The notes under the pieces: generated by a model
Database searches by the model: none
What the model was told of the DNA's origin: nothing
The model's input: only the letters and a program-made list of their open reading frames with translations
Translations under genes and position numbers: made by a program
Shown here: one piece after another, positions 7,405-16,147 of the stretch
Layout of the letters: every line of letters starts with the position of its first letter
Position numbering within the stretch: position 1 is the stretch's first letter
Origin: Methanomicrobium sp.
GTDB taxonomy: Archaea > Halobacteriota > Methanomicrobia > Methanomicrobiales > Methanomicrobiaceae
Length of the DNA stretch: 24,000 nt
NCBI GenBank assembly: GCA_017412625.1
Contig: JAFPWZ010000011.1
Span: forward strand, 16,470 to 40,469
Direction: 5' to 3'

Positions 7405-8763
7405 TTATTCCGAGATCTTTGTCAGATACTCATTCATTGCCGCTGCTGCTTTCTTGGCCGTACCCATTGCTTCAATTACCGTAGCGGCTCCGGTTGCGAT
7501 ATCTCCGCCTGCAAAGACATGAAGTATCGAGGTCATTCCGGAGGTATTGACGAATACTGTGCCGTGTCTGCCTCTCTCAAGATCCGGCATGAGGGAAAGG
7601 AGAAGCGGATTTGGACTCTGACCGATTGCTTCGATGACGACATCGGCATCAAGCGTAAACTTCGCATCCGGACCTGTCATGGGAACCGGAACGGGTCTGT
7701 TGCTCTCGTCAAGCCTGCCCATATCCATCTTAACGCACTCAATTCCGGATACAGCGACCTCGCCCAGTATCTTAGTCGGGTTTGCGCAGCATATGAACTC
7801 CACACCTTCTTCGACCGCGTTCTTTATCTCATCCTGACGTGCGGGAAGATCTTCCATGCGGCGCCTGTAGACCAGCTTGACCTCGGCACCCATCCTTCTT
7901 GCGACACGGGATGCGTCCATGGCGACGTTGCCGCCGCCGACAACAACAACCTTCTTTCCTTTGATTACGGGAGTGTCATAATCGGGGAATTTGTCGGCAT
8001 GCATGAGATTGACACGGGTCAGGAACTCGTTTGCCGAGTAAACGCCGTTTAGACCTTCGCCTTCTATGTTCATGAAAGACGGCAACCCCGCACCCATGCC
8101 CAGGAAGACCGCATCATAGGCAAGAAGTTCGTCAACCGGGACACTTCTGCCGACAATGTGATTCAGCTTTAAATCAACGCCAAGCTTTAGGACCTGATCA
8201 ATCTCCTCGCGCACGATATCCTTGGGAAGTCTGAACGAGGGGATGCCGTAGGTCAGAACGCCGCCGGGTGCATGGAGTGACTCAAAGAGCGTAACACTGT
8301 GACCGTAGCGTGCAAGCTCGGCAGCGGCGGTAAGTCCCGCAGGTCCCGAACCCACAACAGCCACACGCTTTCCCGTGGGCTTACCGACCTCGGGTGTAAC
8401 AATACCCTGTTCTCTCTCCCAATCGGCAACAAAGCGCTCAAGTGCGCCTATCCTTACGGGTCTCTCCTTCTTTCCGAGGACACATCTGCCCTGACACTGC
8501 GTCTCCTGCGGGCAGACCCTTCCGCAGATTGCGGGGAGCATATTGTCGGCCTTAAGAATCTTTGCGGCCTCGGCATAGTTCTTCTTTACAACCTCGGCGA
8601 TAAATCCGGGGATATTGATATTTACTGGGCAGCCCTCGATACATTTCGGGCGGACGCATTCCATACAGCGCGAGGCTTCCAGAACGGCGTTGTTCTCGCT
8701 CAGACCGGTATCAACCTCGAGGAAATCGTGAATTCTCTCTGCGGCATCGCGTTTTCCGGACAT
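7405..8763 (-). CDS. GltD-like FAD/NAD(P)H oxidoreductase large subunit (NfnB / SudA type; often annotated as glutamate synthase small chain)
   Basis: The 452-aa ORF has an N-terminal Cys-rich motif, CMECVRPKCIEGCPVNINIP ... CGRVCPQETQCQGRC. It has two Rossmann motifs (VAVVGSGPAGL, VVVVGGGNVAMD). It is paired with the SudB/NfnA-like gene by a 1-nt TGATG overlap at 8763. Confidence 0.85.
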   Translation of the reverse strand: MSGKRDAAERIHDFLEVDTGLSENNAVLEASRCMECVRPKCIEGCPVNINIPGFIAEVVKKNYAEAAKILKADNMLPAICGRVCPQETQCQGRCVLGKKERPVRIGALERFVADWEREQGIVTPEVGKPTGKRVAVVGSGPAGLTAAAELARYGHSVTLFESLHAPGGVLTYGIPSFRLPKDIVREEIDQVLKLGVDLKLNHIVGRSVPVDELLAYDAVFLGMGAGLPSFMNIEGEGLNGVYSANEFLTRVNLMHADKFPDYDTPVIKGKKVVVVGGGNVAMDASRVARRMGAEVKLVYRRRMEDLPARQDEIKNAVEEGVEFICCANPTKILGEVAVSGIECVKMDMGRLDESNRPVPVPMTGPDAKFTLDADVVIEAIGQSPNPLLLSLMPDLERGRHGTVFVNTSGMTSILHVFAGGDIATGAATVIEAMGTAKKAAAAMNEYLTKISE

Positions 8764-9713
8764 CAGTTCTCAACTCCGTTTCCTGTTTTTCCGTTATTTG
8801 CTTTACTCATGCCGCATGTGCAGACATGCCCGTGTCCATGTCCGTGCCCGTCTGCGTGACCGTAGGCATGACCGTTTATGCCGTCCTGACGGTGCGGGTC
8901 GGCCGCATAAAGCTCGGCGGACTCTTTTTCCATTGCGGGGTAGATTCTCTGCCGGTTCATGAGCTCGTTCCAGTCGACGAGATGCGCGTCGAATTCCGGT
9001 CCGTCCACGCAGGCAAACTTCATCTTTCCGTCGACCGTGACCCTGCATGAACCGCACATTCCCGTGCCGTCGACCATAATCGGATTGAGGTTTACGATTG
9101 TCCTGATTCCGGTCGAAAGCGTTGCCATGGATGTTATCTTCATCATGATTGCGGGTCCGATTATCCAGACGGCATCGATTTTGTCGGTCTCGATTCTCTT
9201 CTTGAGAATGTCAGCGGGGAATCCGTGGTAGCCGCGGCTGCCGTCATCCGTGCAGATTACAAGTTCATCGCATTCCTTCTCGAGTTCATCGGAGAGAAGG
9301 AGGAGTTTCTCGTTTCTTGCGCCTATGATTCCTGTTACGTGATTACCTGCCGCTTTCAGAGCTTTTGCAAGTATCGGAAGACAGGCGATACCGACGCCGC
9401 CGCCGATTAAGACGCAGTTGCCTGTATTTGAGACGTCACTCGGGTTGCCGAGCGGACCTGCGACATCCTTTATGCAATCGCCGGCTTTCATGGCCGCAAG
9501 CTGTTTCGTTGTCTTGCCGACTGCCATGAAGACTATTCTTACCGAGTCACCTTTGACCGCCGAGATTGTAAGCGGGATTCTCTCACCGCTGTCGTCGAGT
9601 CTTATTATCAGGAACTGTCCCGCTTTGCCGTGTTTGGCAACCTGCGGGGCATTTATCCAGAATTCATGGATGTTGTCGGCTATCTGAGTCGCCTTTTCTA
9701 TTTCGTATACCAA
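8763..9713 (-). CDS. FNR-like FAD / [2Fe-2S] small subunit (NfnA / SudB, PyrK-like) with a His/Gly-rich C-terminal tail
   Basis: The 316-aa ORF has the GPLG and GGGVGIA motifs. The cluster motif is CGSCRV...ACVDGPEF. It has a TTG start (9713-9711) preceded by AGGAGTG, 7 nt upstream. Confidence 0.85.
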   Translation of the reverse strand: MVYEIEKATQIADNIHEFWINAPQVAKHGKAGQFLIIRLDDSGERIPLTISAVKGDSVRIVFMAVGKTTKQLAAMKAGDCIKDVAGPLGNPSDVSNTGNCVLIGGGVGIACLPILAKALKAAGNHVTGIIGARNEKLLLLSDELEKECDELVICTDDGSRGYHGFPADILKKRIETDKIDAVWIIGPAIMMKITSMATLSTGIRTIVNLNPIMVDGTGMCGSCRVTVDGKMKFACVDGPEFDAHLVDWNELMNRQRIYPAMEKESAELYAADPHRQDGINGHAYGHADGHGHGHGHVCTCGMSKANNGKTGNGVEN

Positions 9714-9799
9714 TTTGAGTCACTCCTTTTCAGACTGTAGTGGGTTGCCGCCGACGTCAGTCCGAGAGATGAGATTGAATTGCGTGTATTATTTTGTTA

Positions 9800-11518
9800 T
9801 TACAACTTCTTTACTTTACGCACGCGGACAGCGACACCGCGCTTGGACGAGAGCATCTCATCGGCACCCATCATTGCCCTTCCGGTTGCCAGTGCGTTTT
9901 CGCCGACTGCAAGAACCTCGTCGCCTTCACGGATATCGCGGTCGCAGTCCGAGACGCCTGGGGCGAGGATGTCTCCCTGCGGGACGAAATTATCTATGTA
10001 AACCCGATATCCCGATTCAATCAGTTCCCAGCCCTCAAAGGTCGGTCTGAAACAGCCTGTCTCCGAGTCCACGGAGAATAACTGCTGATTACCCTTGAGA
10101 ACCTTCTCGCGCAGGAATTTGCCCTTCAGCCTGAGTTTGGATGAGTCAAAATTCTCATGATTAACGCCGAACTGATAGGAGACGGTGCCGCCTATTATAT
10201 CCGGCGATACCTTCCGGTATCCCTGCAGGGCGTCCTGAAGTTTCTTCAGGGACTCTGAGGACGTGAGGCGTTCCGAGGCGGTTACCTCATATTCCGTACC
10301 CGCGCGTTTGAGAGCCGCCTCCGCAATACCGAGCGAATCGCCGTCAAGGTGGACGAAGACCTTTTCGTAACGGTTCTTTTCGAAGTAGCGCGCTATCGCA
10401 TCCGTGATAAACGCTCTCTCCTCGCCGTCCCAGTATCCAGTTACGGGGACATCGTAATGACCCGCGGGATATATGCGCTCCAATTCGCGCGGGACTATGC
10501 CGAGCGGCGACGTGATGATTATCTCATGGGCACGGTTCTGAATCGCGGACTGAAACTTGATATGACTCTGCGACTGTGAATACGGTTTCTTCGCCGAACA
10601 CGGTATAAGAACGGCGACATCGGTTCTCGACGGGACAAAGCGCTCAATGACGCGGTTTACAAAGCGCTTAACTTCGGGGCGCTTCATCGACTCGCCGGTA
10701 TTGGCATAAAGGCGCGTAGGTCTTACAATCGGAGTGCGCTTCTCGGAAAAATCGTAATTTTCATCGAAGAGACGCATGATGGAGACCTGTGCCGCGGTAT
10801 TTCTGCACCTGCGCTCGAGAAGTTCCCTGACGTGTCCAGTGCGTATGAAGTATTTGACGGTCTCTATCTCGTTATCGAGCATGTTGCGGTTATGCTCTTT
10901 CAGATCGCCTTTTTTACAGCCGCTGCAGTTGCATATGCCTCTGCCGAATGCCTCCTCCGCAGGGAACTCGCCGTCCTGCGTGCAGAAGATGTTCTGAACG
11001 GATTTGAGGTCTACGGCGCGGTAATCGAAGAGATCGAATCCAGAGCAGATTAGAGTGCAGACATTCGAAGGCAGTGCGGATGCCGGCGCATACAGGCAGG
11101 TGTCCGTCGGAACTCCGCTCTTAATCTTAATGACGGCATCGGCATAGTAGCGCGGATTGTCAAGAACGGTCTGCCAGTTGGCTATTACCAGCATACTTCC
11201 GGACTCCGCGGCATTGTCGGAATTGGGTGTCTTGAAGACGGCGTCTTTGTATTCCGGCATGTATCGCGCAGTAAACTTCTCTGAGGCAAAGAGCGGGACG
11301 GACGTGAACCTGTGACGCTCATCCGATATATCGGGAAAGAGCATATCGACATCTAGCGCAATCGGCGTCTGATAACGGATCTGCTCGGTTTGCTCGGTTT
11401 GTTCGGCCTTTTCGGTCTTTTCTGTCTGTACGGATTCGGAATTGCATTCCTTTCCGCACCCGACTCCGCTCAGGATACCTATTCTTGCAATGCCATCGCG
11501 CTTTACCGCTTCAAACAT
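9800..11518 (-). CDS. arcS: Archaeosine synthase alpha subunit ArcS (TgtA2, with C-terminal PUA domain)
   Basis: It contains the ArcS signature PC-x3-KPY-x2-S-x2-H ([15 protein letters not shown]). The C-terminal PUA-like segment is [19 protein letters not shown]...[10 protein letters not shown] prefer the ATG at 11518 ([14 protein letters not shown]) over the track start at 11545, which gives an 8-nt overlap (ATGTTTGA) with tgtA. Confidence 0.85.
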   Translation of the reverse strand: MFEAVKRDGIARIGILSGVGCGKECNSESVQTEKTEKAEQTEQTEQIRYQTPIALDVDMLFPDISDERHRFTSVPLFASEKFTARYMPEYKDAVFKTPNSDNAAESGSMLVIANWQTVLDNPRYYADAVIKIKSGVPTDTCLYAPASALPSNVCTLICSGFDLFDYRAVDLKSVQNIFCTQDGEFPAEEAFGRGICNCSGCKKGDLKEHNRNMLDNEIETVKYFIRTGHVRELLERRCRNTAAQVSIMRLFDENYDFSEKRTPIVRPTRLYANTGESMKRPEVKRFVNRVIERFVPSRTDVAVLIPCSAKKPYSQSQSHIKFQSAIQNRAHEIIITSPLGIVPRELERIYPAGHYDVPVTGYWDGEERAFITDAIARYFEKNRYEKVFVHLDGDSLGIAEAALKRAGTEYEVTASERLTSSESLKKLQDALQGYRKVSPDIIGGTVSYQFGVNHENFDSSKLRLKGKFLREKVLKGNQQLFSVDSETGCFRPTFEGWELIESGYRVYIDNFVPQGDILAPGVSDCDRDIREGDEVLAVGENALATGRAMMGADEMLSSKRGVAVRVRKVKKL

Positions 11519-12977
11519 AGCTGTACCTCGCGGCGACCACGGCAAGTTCCTTTGTCAGCAGATCTCTGAGACCTTCGGCGCAGCTGATGTAAAAGACGGA
11601 ATCAGGATTGGCCTCTATCAGATTTACGATACCGCGGCAGCCCGCCTTTATCATATCGTCATCCCAAACATCGGGAATCTCGCTCTGACCTATGGGGAAG
11701 GTCTCGCCGAGTTCGGCAAGATAGGGCCCGAACGGCGGCTTGAACAGGAAGACGCTTTCATAATCGGAATCTCCGCGTATTTTGCCGTCGAAGGTGATGA
11801 GCGCGGTCTTTCCGCAGGGCAGGCGCTTTGTCATCTCATGATAACGGATTACCTCGGTTCGCAGACAGCTTTCACTGCCGCGATAGAAGAAACGCCGTTT
11901 CGTAAGGCTGTCGGATTTCTCAAGCTCGGCATTGTATCTGAGAAGTTCGCGGTATCCTTCAAGAAGTCGCGGGTGGTTTCTGCATCTCTCATCCACGAGT
12001 TCCCAGAGTGTGCCGTCCAGAATCGCCTGACGAATCCTTGAGATTTCGGCGAGCGTGACATAGAGGTTGTGATATGCAAGAAGTCTCGTTCTCTCGGATT
12101 CGGGCAGTTTTTTGAGTTCTTCGGCTGTATGCGTGCGGCAGACCTCGCAGGCGCATGGGAGTTCGTTGAGTTCGGCAAGTTTATAGCTGCCCTGCGGCGT
12201 CATGTAGCGGTCTTCACGCGCATAGAGAGCATATGCGGCGGAATCGAAGACATCGCAGCCCATTGCGACGGCAAGCGCGAACATGGACGGGTGACCGGCG
12301 CCGAAGAGGTGGATACAGGATGACGGGGATAGTTCGGACTTTGCCGCCATCACTACATCGACAAGATCTTTGTAGCGGTAACTCTCCATAAGAGGAACGA
12401 CCGCACCTATCGGGCAGAATGCGATATTCAGTTCTTTGACCTCGCGCCCTGCCCTCTTTCTGAGGTCAGTGTGGATGCCGCCCTGAACAGGCGCGCAGAG
12501 GTGACCGTCGTCGATTATCGTGAGCGCTTCCTTAAGGCGCTCCATCGTGGTATTGAGTTCGGCTTCGGCTTCGTCATGAGTTTTGTCGGGGCCTGTGGCT
12601 ATGTCCATCGGCACTATTATTTCACTGCCGATTGCGCGCTGGAATTTTACGGTCTCGACATTGGTAAAGTCAATGTCGCCGTAGACGGCATGCTGAAACG
12701 CGCCGGAATCCGTCATTATGACACCGTCGAAGTTGAGGACTTTGTGAAGTCCCTCGTTCAGTGCACGCTCTCTGAATTCCTCGCTTTTACTGAAGATATA
12801 GGCGTTTGTTATCAGCGCTTCCACACCGAGTTTTGCCAGTTCCTCCGGTTTGATAAGCTGAATATGCGGGTTGATGACCGGCAGAAGAAGCGGCGTTCTT
12901 ACGGTTTTGTCGCCGACTTTCAGCTTTCCGAGCCTTCCCATTATGTCTTTGTGTATGACTTCGAAACTAATGCTCAT
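11511..12977 (-). CDS. tgtA: tRNA-guanine(15) transglycosylase (ArcTGT), short form apparently lacking its own PUA domain
   Basis: The 488-aa ORF starts [17 protein letters not shown]...[11 protein letters not shown]. It has the Zn motif CACEVCRTH. Canonical PUA-containing ArcTGTs are about 580 aa or longer. Confidence 0.9.
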   Translation of the reverse strand: MSISFEVIHKDIMGRLGKLKVGDKTVRTPLLLPVINPHIQLIKPEELAKLGVEALITNAYIFSKSEEFRERALNEGLHKVLNFDGVIMTDSGAFQHAVYGDIDFTNVETVKFQRAIGSEIIVPMDIATGPDKTHDEAEAELNTTMERLKEALTIIDDGHLCAPVQGGIHTDLRKRAGREVKELNIAFCPIGAVVPLMESYRYKDLVDVVMAAKSELSPSSCIHLFGAGHPSMFALAVAMGCDVFDSAAYALYAREDRYMTPQGSYKLAELNELPCACEVCRTHTAEELKKLPESERTRLLAYHNLYVTLAEISRIRQAILDGTLWELVDERCRNHPRLLEGYRELLRYNAELEKSDSLTKRRFFYRGSESCLRTEVIRYHEMTKRLPCGKTALITFDGKIRGDSDYESVFLFKPPFGPYLAELGETFPIGQSEIPDVWDDDMIKAGCRGIVNLIEANPDSVFYISCAEGLRDLLTKELAVVAARYSYV

Positions 12978-13063
12978 GATTTTTCCCGAATCTTCTCCTG
13001 AATTTTCTCACAGACGAGATATGTGAATATTATTGGCGCTATTGATTCATTATCCTGACTGAA

Positions 13064-13663
13064 TTATTGTCTCTCGCTGAAGATCTGACCTTCGAATGTG
13101 TAGAGTGAGACATCGTCTCTCTTCCACGCATTTTTATCGGTTCCCGCCTTTATGCAGGTATGCATGAGGAATTCTTCGGCATCCCATCCGTATTCCGAAG
13201 CGACCTGCGGCAGTAGCAGTCCCGACATGCCGCGGTCTTTGATTATCAGACCGTGACGACCGACCTCTATGTTCTTCGGGCGGTCTGCTGCACTGCAGGT
13301 AAGTAACTCGGGCGGTGTGAGGATTGTCACCTCAAACTTTAATGCGGCAAGCTCGTTCTCGCGGACGGGCATAAAGCGCGGGTCTCTGACGGCTGCGGAT
13401 ACGGCGGCGTCATGCAAAGCTTCGCCGAGGGGCAATACGGGATAGGGATAACCTATGCAGCCGCGGAGTTCGCCGTCCTCGGTCAGTGTCACGAATACCC
13501 CGCGCTTTTCATCGAAGATCTCACAGTCTCCGATATTTGCCGGCGCTGACGGCGCATCCCCGAAAGCTCCCGAGGCTTCGGCGGTCTTTGCGACTTTCAC
13601 GTATACCGCGAATTTTGCGGCGGCGAGCGCAATCTTTCCTTCTTCGTCGGTAAGTAATCTCAT
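13064..13663 (-). CDS. AMMECR1-domain protein (AmmeMemoRadiSam system protein A-like)
   Basis: The 199-aa ORF has the AMMECR1 core LRGCIGYPYPVLPLGEALHDAAVSAAVRDPRFMPV ... GLLLPQV. Confidence 0.9.
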   Translation of the reverse strand: MRLLTDEEGKIALAAAKFAVYVKVAKTAEASGAFGDAPSAPANIGDCEIFDEKRGVFVTLTEDGELRGCIGYPYPVLPLGEALHDAAVSAAVRDPRFMPVRENELAALKFEVTILTPPELLTCSAADRPKNIEVGRHGLIIKDRGMSGLLLPQVASEYGWDAEEFLMHTCIKAGTDKNAWKRDDVSLYTFEGQIFSERQ

Positions 13664-13699
13664 TACATAAATATAGTGCGCAGTTTAAATAATAAGATT

Positions 13700-14011
13700 G
13701 AGAGGGAGAGAGCGGCTTACGGCGGCATCCATTTGCCGCTGAGGAAAGTCCCCACACCGACCGGTTACGCAGCCGCATTAACTTTGCGGGTGGCGAGAGT
13801 CACGGCTCTGACACAGAAACGATACGGTTCGGGAGCAAGCTTGTGATGCAGAGTATGCTGAAGCGTTTGCAGCTCACGAAAAACGATGGAACGGTGAATC
13901 CCTGCGGGTGCAAGTCAAACAGAGACATTAAGAACATTTCCGGGTTTGTCTCGGGTATGGCGCGTCAGCTGAATGCCGCAAAAAACAGAATGGGGCTTAC
14001 TACTCCCACTC
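13700..14011 (+). ncRNA. rnpB: RNase P RNA (archaeal type A-like)
   Basis: The universal CR-I element GAGGAAAGTCCCCAC lies at 13741-13755 and ACAGAAAC at 13813-13820. CR-V, ACAGAATGGGGCTTAC, lies at 13985-14000. P4 can form between AAGUCCCC and GGGGCUU. A P1 candidate pairs 13700-13708 (gagagggag) with 14003-14011 (ctcccactc) in 8 of 9 positions. A TATA (ATAAATATA, 13667-13675) sits about 27 nt upstream. The ends are uncertain by about 15 nt. Confidence 0.85.
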
Positions 14012-14032
14012 ATTGATTAAAACTCATTTATT

Positions 14033-14130
14033 CTTTCAATTATTAATTTGACTTTCCAATTCTTAATTTGAGATTCGTAATTTGCAATACTTATTTTGCA
14101 ATTCTTACTCTGCGCTGCTTACTTTGTAAT
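14033..14130. repeat. Degenerate AT-rich periodic array of about 15-17 bp (ATTCTTAATTTG-like units)
   Basis: The units are caattattaatttgac, caattcttaatttgag, attcgtaatttgcaa, tacttattttgcaa, attcttactctgcgc and tgcttactttgtaa. The array fills the spacer between the RNase P RNA 3' end and the HTH-CBS gene 3' end and runs into its last codons. Confidence 0.5.
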
Positions 14131-14676
14131 CATGCCTATAAGGTCATGTTTCGTGATAACGCCTGCAACCCTGCCTTTTTCCGCGATGAGCACGGCATGG
14201 TGGGTGTGCAGAAGGTGGATTACGGTCTCAATCGGTGTTGACGGAGGAATCGTGGGGAATGCGTCCTCCATAAAGTCGGATACGGAATGTTCGTGCATCT
14301 TCTGAATCCGTCCCTCATCGAGCGCGTTTACTATCGCGGATTCGGATATGCACCCGATTGCAACGCCGCCTTCGAGTACCGGCAGTTGTGAGATTCCGTT
14401 CTTCTCCATTATGGCAACGGTTGCCGTGAGGGTCTCGTCCGCGGAGACGCTGATTACCGGCGAATGCATCATGTCGCGTGCCGTTATTACCGATATCTCT
14501 TCCTGATTGAGCACGTCGATTATCTTCTTCAGGGTGCTCACCCGCGGATCCACGGTTCCCGATTCGATCCTGGCTATCATCGACTGACTCAGACCCGATT
14601 TTTCGGCAATATCCCCCTGCGTCAGCTTAAGCTCGCATCTTTTTTCTCTTATCTCTTCCGGTGTAGGAACCTGCAT
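14119..14676 (-). CDS. XRE-type HTH transcription regulator fused to a CBS domain pair
   Basis: The 185-aa ORF has the N-terminal HTH LKLTQGDIAEKSGLSQSMIARIESG. Two CBS-like repeats follow (ARDMMHSPVISVSADETL...; VSDFMEDAFPTIPPSTPI...HHAVLIAEKGRVAGVITKHDL). Confidence 0.85.
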   Translation of the reverse strand: MQVPTPEEIREKRCELKLTQGDIAEKSGLSQSMIARIESGTVDPRVSTLKKIIDVLNQEEISVITARDMMHSPVISVSADETLTATVAIMEKNGISQLPVLEGGVAIGCISESAIVNALDEGRIQKMHEHSVSDFMEDAFPTIPPSTPIETVIHLLHTHHAVLIAEKGRVAGVITKHDLIGMITK

Positions 14677-14812
14677 ATATAATATTACGTGCAGTAATTA
14701 TTATTAAGTATACTATTTTTATCGGCAAAAAACGGGTATTCTTTCAGGAAAACGATTGTCCGATAAAGGACATGCTAAAACGGATATGATATTAAGGAAA
14801 TATGCGGACTGA

Positions 14813-14844
14813 TTTTTAAAAAATATGAAAAACGGGTTTTTCAG
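14813..14844. terminator. Bidirectional terminator candidate: hairpin plus a T5/A6 palindromic tract
   Basis: A hairpin, GAAAAA-CGGG-TTTTTC, lies at 14827-14842. On the minus strand it is followed by T6 (the A-run at 14818-23 on plus). T5 on the plus strand lies at 14813-14817. It sits directly after the tpiA stop. Confidence 0.5.
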
Positions 14845-14860
14845 TTTTTCAGTTTTTCAG
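14837..14860. repeat. (TTTTTCAG)x3 tandem octamer overlapping the tpiA stop codon
   Basis: Copies lie at 14837-14844, 14845-14852 and 14853-14860. The tpiA TGA is at 14857-14859 (minus strand). Confidence 0.85.
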
Positions 14861-15531
14861 ATCTTAGAAACCAGATCCCTCAGAACTTCCTTGGGGAATT
14901 TCGCTTTTACGACACCCGATGCCAGAAGCACGCCGTCGGCGCCAAGCTCGAGTGCCCTTTTTACGCAGTCGCCGGTACTGATGCCCGCGCCCGCAAGGAC
15001 TCTTACGTCTTTATTTACGTTCTTTACCGCATTCACGGAGTTTTCTATGATGGCGGGGTCGGCTGTTGCGACCGAGATGCCGCTGCCGATTAACTCCGGC
15101 GGCTCTATTGCCACAAAGGTAGGTGCGAAGGTTGCCGCCGCCGCACTCGTGGAGATATCGTTCGTACAGACAACGGTCTGAAGGTGCGCACGTTTCGCCG
15201 CCGCGACACTGCCGGATACGTCCGCAAGCGTAAGACGCCGCTCCGAATGATTGATGAGGGTTCCGGTCGCACCTGCGGAACGGACTGCCTCGGCAAGAAT
15301 ATGTCCCGTGTGTGCGCCGGCAGTTATCGCGTCGACATGCTGCGCATATACGGGAATCTCATAATGGTGGGAGATGGGGTGCATGTCCATGTAGCCCGGC
15401 GCTACTCCGATAAGCACACCGCTCTCTTCGGAGACTTCTTCGGCAGCGCCCGCAATATTATGCGCATATCCGCCGTAGCCCTCGGTATAGGTCTTGAAAT
15501 TGATGATTATTTTTGGAAATTCCTCCGGCAT
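14857..15531 (-). CDS. tpiA: Triosephosphate isomerase (short archaeal type)
   Basis: The 224-aa ORF has IIINFKTY, the catalytic LINHSERRL and AIEPPELIG motifs. An AGGAG SD lies 8 nt upstream (rc of 15532-15547). Confidence 0.9.
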   Translation of the reverse strand: MPEEFPKIIINFKTYTEGYGGYAHNIAGAAEEVSEESGVLIGVAPGYMDMHPISHHYEIPVYAQHVDAITAGAHTGHILAEAVRSAGATGTLINHSERRLTLADVSGSVAAAKRAHLQTVVCTNDISTSAAAATFAPTFVAIEPPELIGSGISVATADPAIIENSVNAVKNVNKDVRVLAGAGISTGDCVKRALELGADGVLLASGVVKAKFPKEVLRDLVSKI

Positions 15532-15580
15532 ATGATTACTCCTGTCGATATTTTACGGGTTGATCACTGTCTTTTTTGCC

Positions 15581-16090
15581 TTATTTCGTCTTCTTAATCT
15601 TCATGACGTCGCCGAGAGTCGGGGTGATGCTTCCCGATTTATCCGCCTTCTCCGTCGTCTCCATCGCGTCTATGAGGTTAATCTCGAGGAAGGTCTCGAT
15701 CTTTTTGCGGACGGCATCCTCGGGAATCAGACCTGTCTCAATCTTCTTGATAAGACCTTCCTTCTCTTTAAGCTCAAGTGCCAGATCCTTCTGTGAGAGC
15801 CCTTTTGCCACACGTGCGGCACGTATCCTCTCGCCGAAGTCCTCGACAAGCTCGCCTTCCATCATATCGTAGACATCGCGCGTACGCTTCTTCGGCGCCG
15901 CCTGTACGGTTCTGCCTGCGGGAACCGTCCTGATTTTGCCGGAGGGCTGATTTCTCAGCTCACTTCCCGGGGTTTCAACGGGAACGCCCAGCTTGGAGCA
16001 TTTTTGGCAAACGGACATTTTTGCGCCGCCTATCGATACCAGTATTGGTTTTCCGCGGATTACATCTCCGCAAACTTCACATTCTGCCAT
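15581..16090 (-). CDS. Archaeal multiprotein-bridging factor 1 (aMBF1): zinc ribbon plus XRE HTH
   Basis: The 169-aa ORF has the N-terminal C-x2-C ... C-x2-C (CEVCG...CQKC). The C-terminal HTH is RIRAARVAKGLSQKDLALELKEKEGLIKKIETG. Confidence 0.85.
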   Translation of the reverse strand: MAECEVCGDVIRGKPILVSIGGAKMSVCQKCSKLGVPVETPGSELRNQPSGKIRTVPAGRTVQAAPKKRTRDVYDMMEGELVEDFGERIRAARVAKGLSQKDLALELKEKEGLIKKIETGLIPEDAVRKKIETFLEINLIDAMETTEKADKSGSITPTLGDVMKIKKTK

Positions 16091-16147
16091 ATTATCGTAA
16101 ATATCTATTTATTTACCAAAACCTATATAACTATTTGAGAGACCAAA

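Noticed and set aside
11519-11545. The upstream ATG 11545 as the arcS start (MPWSPRGTA...).
   Set aside because: The ATG at 11518 gives the conserved-looking [15 protein letters not shown]-terminus and a compact 8-nt overlap with tgtA. The extension lies inside tgtA coding sequence.
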